IMG/VR virus record: IMGVR_UViG_3300049167_000085
Location: 1-32,043 of that record
Origin: a virus
Taxonomy: Duplodnaviria; Caudoviricetes
Direction: 5' to 3' (one strand)
DNA: 32,043 nucleotides
Numbering within the stretch: the first letter of the stretch is position 1; each line of letters opens with the position of its first letter. The position numbers and the translations under genes are program-made. The notes beneath the pieces are model-generated. The model saw nothing but the letters and a program-made list of their open reading frames with translations. It did no database searches and was not told where the DNA came from. Below are positions 26,910 through 32,043 of this stretch, piece after piece.

Positions 26910-26944
26910 TGAGAAAGGCCCCGCCGGTGTCCCGGTCGGGGCCT
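26910..26944 (-). terminator. Intrinsic terminator in the late-promoter leader (tR'-like)
   Basis: AGGCCCCGACCGG-GACA-CCGGCGGGGCCT followed by TTCTC. Confidence 0.75.
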
Positions 26945-26975
26945 GAAGTCTGAGGACAGTACGTCCACTGTGATC

Positions 26976-27004
26976 AAGCTAGCGTTCGCGCCCGTTTTGC
27001 GCAA
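26976..27004 (-). promoter_or_regulatory. Putative late promoter (SigA/HrdB-type)
   Basis: -35 TTGCGC (27004-26999), 17-nt spacer, -10 TAGCTT (26981-26976), pointing into the packaging/structural operon. Confidence 0.72.
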
Positions 27005-27101
27005 CTCGGGCCACGCGCGCCCACCTAACGCTGATCCACGCGTGGGCGCGGAGGATCGGGCGCTTGACGGCTTCCAGGGCGGCGAACAGGCGGTCGGTCA
27101 T
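26979..27101 (-). CDS. Possible small protein (40 aa) overlapping the late promoter
   Basis: ATGA overlap with the upstream gene; MTDRLFAALEAVKRPILRAHAW...; may be spurious. Confidence 0.3.
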   Translation of the reverse strand: MTDRLFAALEAVKRPILRAHAWISVRWARVARVAQNGRER

Positions 27102-27496
27102 TCCTGCCCCCATGTCCATGCGGGGTCGTAGTCGGGGTGGTCGGAGTACACCGTCGCGATGACGTGCAGCGCCAGCCGGGCCGCGCGTGCGTCAGGGAGC
27201 TGCGTGCAGGGGTTGTCGATGTAGTCGACTTCCCACTCCTCGATGATCGCCCGCTTCGCGGCGACCTCGCGAAGCACCCGGGCGGGGTCATGGCGGGCGA
27301 TGTGCGCGGCGTCCGCCTCTTCAAGGCCGACCGCCCCCTCGGGGTAGACGTTGGAAGCCGTTGCGACAGCTCCGATCACGGAAGTCACCGCGTGGTCACC
27401 GAGGTGTTCGTCATGCTCCCACGGGCCATCCGCGGCCGCCATTGCCGCCGCCTCGTCTTCGGCGATGCGCGCCCTCAGGAACTCGATGATGGTCAT
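27098..27496 (-). CDS. DUF6221-like actinobacterial phage protein (132 aa)
   Basis: EFLRARIAEDE, HIARHDPARVLREVAAKRAI, Y.DHPDYDPAW signature; ATGA overlap. Confidence 0.85.
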   Translation of the reverse strand: MTIIEFLRARIAEDEAAAMAAADGPWEHDEHLGDHAVTSVIGAVATASNVYPEGAVGLEEADAAHIARHDPARVLREVAAKRAIIEEWEVDYIDNPCTQLPDARAARLALHVIATVYSDHPDYDPAWTWGQE

Positions 27497-28320
27497 GCGA
27501 CCCTCTCCTTCTTCGCAGCGGCCTGCACCGCCAGATTGATGATGTCGCCCAGCCGGTACACCGGCACCCGCACCGCGCGCCGCACCACCCCGGGCCGCTC
27601 CCCCCGCGTGTGCACCACCCTCGTCCCGGCGCGGGCCAGGTTGCCGCGTGCGGCGTGCCCCCGGATCGCCGAGGGCGTCATGGACCACCCGGCGCGGGCG
27701 AGCGCGGCGGAGGCTTCCAACGGCGTCATGCGGGTGTTGTCGATGCGGCGCAGGTGCGCCAGCTTGGCGGCGGCCACGTCCGCGACGACCCCGCCGCAGT
27801 CGTCCTCGCGGCACCGGGCGAACACGGCGCCGGCGGGGGCGTAGACGGGGCGGTGGCAGTGGGGGCACTGCCCGGAGTAGTCGAGGGGGATGTGGACGTC
27901 GACGGCGCGCACGGCGTGCTGCACTGCGGTGGTGATCTCCTCGATGGCGTCGGATCCGTAGTCGCGGTGGCGGACCCATGTGATGACGGGGATGAGCCAG
28001 GCGGCCATGGCGGGGAGGGTGTCGGCGGGCAGGGCGGTGGCGGTGCCGTCGTCGTGGATGGCGCGGACCCAGCCGACGAGGGTGGTGCGGAGGTGGGTGC
28101 GGGCGTCGGAGGCGCGCAGATCGATGGGCAGCGGGGTGTCGGCGTTGCGGGCGCGGGGCCCGTTGGGGCGGGTGGCCTGTTTGGCGATGCGGTCGTCGAG
28201 TTCGTCGGCGAGGCCGTCGGTGACGCGGCGGAGGGCTGCGGTGGCGGTGTCGGCGCAGGTGGTGCAGGTGTAGGCGTCGTCGCCGGACGGGCGTCCGCAG
28301 AGGCGGCAGGTGGTGTGCAT
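27493..28320 (-). CDS. Zn-ribbon and C-terminal winged-HTH protein, putative late-gene regulator (275 aa)
   Basis: CRLC..CTTC, TPLPIDLRA, CPHC..C...C, then TPSAIRGHAARG...YRLGDI MerR-like wHTH; last large gene before the late promoter. Confidence 0.8.
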   Translation of the reverse strand: MHTTCRLCGRPSGDDAYTCTTCADTATAALRRVTDGLADELDDRIAKQATRPNGPRARNADTPLPIDLRASDARTHLRTTLVGWVRAIHDDGTATALPADTLPAMAAWLIPVITWVRHRDYGSDAIEEITTAVQHAVRAVDVHIPLDYSGQCPHCHRPVYAPAGAVFARCREDDCGGVVADVAAAKLAHLRRIDNTRMTPLEASAALARAGWSMTPSAIRGHAARGNLARAGTRVVHTRGERPGVVRRAVRVPVYRLGDIINLAVQAAAKKERVA

Positions 28321-28406
28321 GTGTCCCCCCGTGTGTTCTGTACCACTTATACTGGTTTCACTTCCTTCTGCGGGGAGACAGCGCGTCGTGGCAGCGCGCG
28401 GGGGTT

Positions 28407-28443
28407 GGGGCCGGTCGGGGTGGAAGCCGACCGGCCCCTTTGT
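28407..28443 (+). terminator. Strong hairpin with a plus-strand U-tail, possibly bidirectional
   Basis: Perfect 12-bp stem GGGGCCGGTCGG/CCGACCGGCCCC followed by TTTGT on the plus strand. Confidence 0.65.
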
Positions 28444-28763
28444 CATGCGGCGGCCTTATCGCCGGCGAGCGACTCCATGAGCCGCCTCTGTCGTGCTCGG
28501 CGCGCTTTGCGCATCTCGGCCGCGCCGGTGCCCCGCATGCGCGCCCGCCAGTAGGCGCTGAGTGCGCGCTGCGCGTGGCGTAGGACGGGCTCGTCTGCCT
28601 GGGCTGTGATGAGGTGGGTGCGCAGGAGTAGGCGCCCGTCGTGCTCGTGGGTGGCCTTCGCGCCGAGGCTGCGTAGGCGGAGGACGACGGTGCGGGCGTA
28701 GGCGTGGTTGCCGATGGTCGTGGTCAGCGTGAACGATGCGGCGGCGGGCGGGCTGAGGTTCAC
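28443..28763 (-). CDS. Hypothetical phage protein (106 aa)
   Basis: CAGGAGG RBS before GTG; fills the operon. Confidence 0.7.
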   Translation of the reverse strand: MNLSPPAAASFTLTTTIGNHAYARTVVLRLRSLGAKATHEHDGRLLLRTHLITAQADEPVLRHAQRALSAYWRARMRGTGAAEMRKARRARQRRLMESLAGDKAAA

Positions 28764-28800
28764 TGGTCCTCCTGTGATGGGTCGGGGCGGCGGCGCGTCG

Positions 28801-29196
28801 TCATGCGGCGACCCCGGGCGGCAGCCTGTCGACGGGGACGGTGAAGTCAGCGACGATGACTTCGTCGCGGGGTTCGAGTCCGAGGTCGGCGTAGGCGAGG
28901 ATGCCGTGCTCGGGGTCGGGGACGTAGCTGGTGACGCGGGCGGTGTCGGGGGTTCCGGCGCGGATCTCGACGCGGACGATCATGTCGGGGTCGAGGCCCT
29001 GGGCGCGCACCCAGTCGCACAGTTCGGCGCGGCGTTCATCGGTGGGGCGGTGGTGCTGGTTGGCGTCGTAGGACCAGAGGACGTCCTCACCGGGGTCGCC
29101 GTGGTGTTCGGCGGGTGCGGGGATGCGCATGGCGTCGGGGCTGGTCTGGTAGTCGCGGATGGCCGAGTCGATGGCGTCGATGACGTGGTCGCTCAT
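28801..29196 (-). CDS. Hypothetical phage protein (131 aa)
   Basis: CAGGAGG RBS; IDAID.AI.DY..SPDAMR start; WVRAQGLDP. Confidence 0.75.
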   Translation of the reverse strand: MSDHVIDAIDSAIRDYQTSPDAMRIPAPAEHHGDPGEDVLWSYDANQHHRPTDERRAELCDWVRAQGLDPDMIVRVEIRAGTPDTARVTSYVPDPEHGILAYADLGLEPRDEVIVADFTVPVDRLPPGVAA

Positions 29197-29303
29197 TGGT
29201 CCTCCTGTGGTTGGTCTCCGGGCAGGTACACGGTTCGCATGGGCCGGGGCGGGGGTTCGTCGTCCCACGAGTCGGGGGGTTCGGCGTCGGGCCCGAGGGT
29301 CAC
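29193..29303 (-). CDS. Small hypothetical protein (36 aa)
   Basis: GTGA and ATGA overlaps at both ends; MTLGPDAEPPDSWDDEPPPRPMRTVYLPGDQPQEDQ. Confidence 0.55.
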   Translation of the reverse strand: MTLGPDAEPPDSWDDEPPPRPMRTVYLPGDQPQEDQ

Positions 29304-29668
29304 AACGGCATGTCCTCCACTTCGTCGCCGGGGGCGAGGAGCGCGATCTCGTCGGGGTAGCGGGTGACCCATTCGACGGGTTCGCCGAGGCGCTGGATCT
29401 CGACGGGCAGGTCCTCGTGGTTGAGGAGTTCGAGGGCGAGCCGGTGGGCGGTCATGGGGGTGCCGTGGTTGGTCTTGGCGGCGCGGAGGCGTTCGAGGTG
29501 GCGGCGTTCGTCGTCGTTGGGGAGGGCGTCGCGGATGGCGGCCCGGATTTTGCGTTCGGCGTGGGCTTCGATGGCGTCGAGGCGGGGTTCGGTGATGGCT
29601 TCGGCGCGGGCTTGGATGTAGGCGTCGAGGTTGGTGATCATGTCGGCGAGTTTGTCGGCGTCGGTCAT
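29300..29668 (-). CDS. Hypothetical phage protein (122 aa)
   Basis: GGAGG-caaaac-ATG; helical N-terminus, MTA..L..ELL...DLPV motif. Confidence 0.72.
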   Translation of the reverse strand: MTDADKLADMITNLDAYIQARAEAITEPRLDAIEAHAERKIRAAIRDALPNDDERRHLERLRAAKTNHGTPMTAHRLALELLNHEDLPVEIQRLGEPVEWVTRYPDEIALLAPGDEVEDMPL

Positions 29669-29794
29669 GTTTTGCCTCCGTTTGCCTCTGTATCGCCCTC
29701 TGCGGGGTTGACGGGCCTTGCTGGTGTCCTTGTGTGGGTTGGGCCGTACGGGGCGCCTGTGGGTCACTGTGGGGCCGCACAGGCGCCTTGTGGG

Positions 29795-30436
29795 TCAACC
29801 GATTCCCGCGTTGACGTCCAGGCGGATCGGACGTGAGGGGTCCTCGGCCACCCACACCTGCTCGTATTCGCAGGCGGCCTGCAAGCACGACACCGGGTTC
29901 CTGCGGGTGTGGAACCGCACGGGGGTGGGCCCGCCGGGCAGCAGCAGGTTCGGACCCCAGAACGCGATGCTGTGCTGCCGCTTGGTGATCGGGTCGCCGC
30001 ACGCCCAGCACGCCTCTGGGCCGACCGAGGTGAGCCGGTCGAGGTGCTCGCCGGCGCGGGTGACCTCCTCCTCGGTGGTGACGTGGCGGCACGGGTGCAG
30101 TTCCTGGCACAGCACGCACACCGCGTAGTGCTCGGGCAGGACGTACCAGACGAACGGGCGGAACGCGGGGATGCGCGTCTCGTAGGTGCCGCCGTCGGGG
30201 AGCGCGTCGAGGATGAGGGTCCATGGCCGGTCGGGCCACTGGTCGGGGCTGAGCTTGTGGGCGACGTGGCGGTAGTGGGCGTGCTCGTCCTCGGTCCAGT
30301 CGAGCGGGTCGAGTTCGACGTGGTCGGTGACGCGCCATGGGAGCCGGTTGACGGCGATGATGGTGCCGAGGGGTGGGCGCTGGTAGTACTCGCGGGTGGC
30401 GACGGTCGGCGTCCAGGGGGCGGGGTGTCGGGTCAC
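29795..30436 (-). CDS. Hypothetical Cys/His (Zn-binding) phage protein (213 aa)
   Basis: HYAVCVLCQE.HPC and CWACG...FH....C clusters; GTGA overlap; AGGAGG RBS. Confidence 0.78.
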   Translation of the reverse strand: MTRHPAPWTPTVATREYYQRPPLGTIIAVNRLPWRVTDHVELDPLDWTEDEHAHYRHVAHKLSPDQWPDRPWTLILDALPDGGTYETRIPAFRPFVWYVLPEHYAVCVLCQELHPCRHVTTEEEVTRAGEHLDRLTSVGPEACWACGDPITKRQHSIAFWGPNLLLPGGPTPVRFHTRRNPVSCLQAACEYEQVWVAEDPSRPIRLDVNAGIG

Positions 30437-30660
30437 GCCGCACCTCCTGCGACGCCCCGGGCGCGGGCCATGGCGGACGGGAGATCGGGATCGTGGCGGC
30501 CGTCCCCGAGGGGCGCTTCGAGGGGATTGGTGGTGACGAACCACGCCCGGGAGCCGTCCGGTGCGGTGGCCAGTTGGTGGACGACGACCACGCCGCGCGG
30601 GCCTGCGATCTGGACCTCGATCACGTCGTCCCACCCGGCGTCGAGAGCGTCGGCGGCCAT
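30433..30660 (-). CDS. Hypothetical phage protein (75 aa)
   Basis: TGATG overlap; AGGAGG RBS. Confidence 0.7.
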   Translation of the reverse strand: MAADALDAGWDDVIEVQIAGPRGVVVVHQLATAPDGSRAWFVTTNPLEAPLGDGRHDPDLPSAMARARGVAGGAA

Positions 30661-31301
30661 CACGCGCCTCCTGCGATCTCGCGGGCGCGCGCCAGGGCGG
30701 CGTCCCGGTCGGGGTGGGTCTCCCACGTCTCGCGGATGCGGCGCCCGTCGAAGTCGCAGCGGTGCGTGGACCACTGCCCGGAGTCCAACGCGGGGTCCTT
30801 GCGGACCTCGACGAACCCGAGGCCGGCCGGGATGCTGAACCGGGTCGCCGCGTCCAGGTCCGTGCGGAGTTTCTCGACGGTCTCTTGGAGCTGCGCGGCG
30901 TGGGAGGACTCGTCGGTCAGTTCCTCGCGGAGGTACTGCACCTCGGGCCCGACCACGCCCAGGACCGCGTCGAGGACGGGCGACCGCTCCGGGTGGCGGT
31001 CGGGGTCGTCGGCGAGCAGGCCGGCCACCATGCGCCGGGCCTGGTCGGCTGCCGTGCACAGGGCGTGGTCGGGGCGGACGGGGTCGCAGCACACCCATTC
31101 CGCGACAATCTGGGTGTCGATGGACTCGCGGAGGGCGTCGGCGATGCGGGTGCGCAGCCCGTCGTGGTCGCTGGGGAGATCGGCGGTGCTGACGACCAGA
31201 GGTACCAGCCGCGCCGTCACCTCGTTCAGGTCCGCGAGCGCCTTCTTGATCTCCTCGTCGCGGCCAGTCCAGTCGTGGGACTCGTGGGCGGGCTCGTTCA
31301 C
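30660..31301 (-). CDS. Hypothetical phage protein (213 aa)
   Basis: GTGA overlap; AEWVCC...H.LC motif, coiled coil, C-terminal module. Confidence 0.72.
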   Translation of the reverse strand: MNEPAHESHDWTGRDEEIKKALADLNEVTARLVPLVVSTADLPSDHDGLRTRIADALRESIDTQIVAEWVCCDPVRPDHALCTAADQARRMVAGLLADDPDRHPERSPVLDAVLGVVGPEVQYLREELTDESSHAAQLQETVEKLRTDLDAATRFSIPAGLGFVEVRKDPALDSGQWSTHRCDFDGRRIRETWETHPDRDAALARAREIAGGA

Positions 31302-31606
31302 CGGGTACCCCCGGTCGCGTCGAGCGCGCGGCGCCGGAGCTCCCCCGCGTCACCGATCAGCCGGTCCAGCTCATCGTGCGCGTGGTGCTCGCACACCGCC
31401 ATCACGGGGAACGTCTGGTCGCCGATGCGCTGCATCCGGGCGCCGTCCGCCCCCGCGCGGAACTCCATGCGGCCGATGCGGTCCCGGCACGCGAGGCGGT
31501 CCAGGACGATCAGGACGGCGTCGTTGGCGCACCCGACCTCGGCGGTGCAGGGCCCGAGGTGGTCGACCGGGTCCCATCGGGGTGGGGCCTGGGTGGTGGT
31601 GGTCAT
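31298..31606 (-). CDS. Hypothetical Zn-binding phage protein (102 aa)
   Basis: CAGGAGG RBS; C.....C...A and VCEHH motifs. Confidence 0.7.
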   Translation of the reverse strand: MTTTTQAPPRWDPVDHLGPCTAEVGCANDAVLIVLDRLACRDRIGRMEFRAGADGARMQRIGDQTFPVMAVCEHHAHDELDRLIGDAGELRRRALDATGGTR

Positions 31607-31686
31607 GCGGTCCTCCTGCTGGTGGTGGTTAGGGTGGGGGTGGGCGGCCCGCCTGTCGGTAGCAGGCGGGGCGCCCTTCGCATGCG

Positions 31687-31911
31687 TCATTTCGACTTCG
31701 GCAGCGACGCCCGGATGCGCGCCGCGTACTCCCGCACCGACTCCGGGCCCGCCGGCCGAGACGAACCCGACCGCACCTCCCGGACCTCCGGCGCCCGGAA
31801 CCCGTGGGCGGTCACCGCGGCCACGCACTCCCGCGCACGGCCCTCCGCGTCGGCGACACCCCACGACTCCAGCAGGCGGGCCACATCTGCGGCGGCGTCG
31901 GCGGGCGCCAT
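31687..31911 (-). CDS. Hypothetical phage protein (74 aa)
   Basis: TGATG overlap; GAGGAGG RBS. Confidence 0.65.
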   Translation of the reverse strand: MAPADAAADVARLLESWGVADAEGRARECVAAVTAHGFRAPEVREVRSGSSRPAGPESVREYAARIRASLPKSK

Positions 31912-32042
31912 CACGCGGCCTCCTCAACCGGTGCGAACCGGGGCGGCGGGAGTTCGTCCCAGTGCGCGGACGGCCCGTCGGGGTAGTCGGCCGGGGGGCG
32001 GGGGGTCGGGCGCAGCCGCTCGGCTTCCAGGGCGGCGACGAG
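31911..32042 (-). CDS. Partial hypothetical protein (C-terminus only)
   Basis: Frame ...LVAALEAERLRPTP...APVEEAA open from the window edge to the stop at 31911-31913. Confidence 0.5.
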   Translation of the reverse strand, partial: LVAALEAERLRPTPRPPADYPDGPSAHWDELPPPRFAPVEEAA

Positions 32043-32043
32043 G

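Larger units (their letters stand above)
1..32043 (-). mobile_element. Actinobacterial temperate siphophage (prophage or circular form); boundaries not resolved, 1-2620 could be cargo or host flank
   Basis: Complete, colinear head-tail-lysis module on the minus strand, many ATGA/GTGA/TGATG gene overlaps, and early-type genes contiguous with late genes across the packaging region. Confidence 0.93.

Overview
High-GC actinobacterial temperate siphophage, most likely a prophage or a circular form because the predicted cos junction is intact inside the window. The minus strand carries, right to left: the tail end of the early region (31.9-28.4 kb), a Zn-ribbon/wHTH regulator, a clear late promoter with a leader terminator (~27.0-26.9 kb), two HNH genes flanking a candidate 11-nt cos, TerS, TerL, portal, a MuF/VG15-like protein, scaffold, HK97-fold capsid, head fibre, head-tail connectors, major tail protein, a frameshifted tail chaperone pair (GGGAAAG), tape measure, two minor tail proteins, a lysis cassette (two membrane proteins, amidase, holin) and a 1094-aa collagen-like fibre carrying a glycerophosphodiester phosphodiesterase domain. 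The plus-strand left end (1-3360) is accessory: an ATP-dependent DNA ligase cluster, a Cys/His membrane protein, and a leaderless two-gene operon with twin operators (putative ADP-ribosyltransferase-like protein with an inserted DnaJ-type Zn finger, plus an HTH). No integrase, repressor, att site, tRNA or CRISPR array is visible. The best candidates for undescribed biology are a lambda pR'/Q-like late antitermination architecture, the ART-like/HTH operon, and an RNA pairing switch linking the major-tail and tail-chaperone leaders. All functional calls come from motif reading by eye; no database searches were run.
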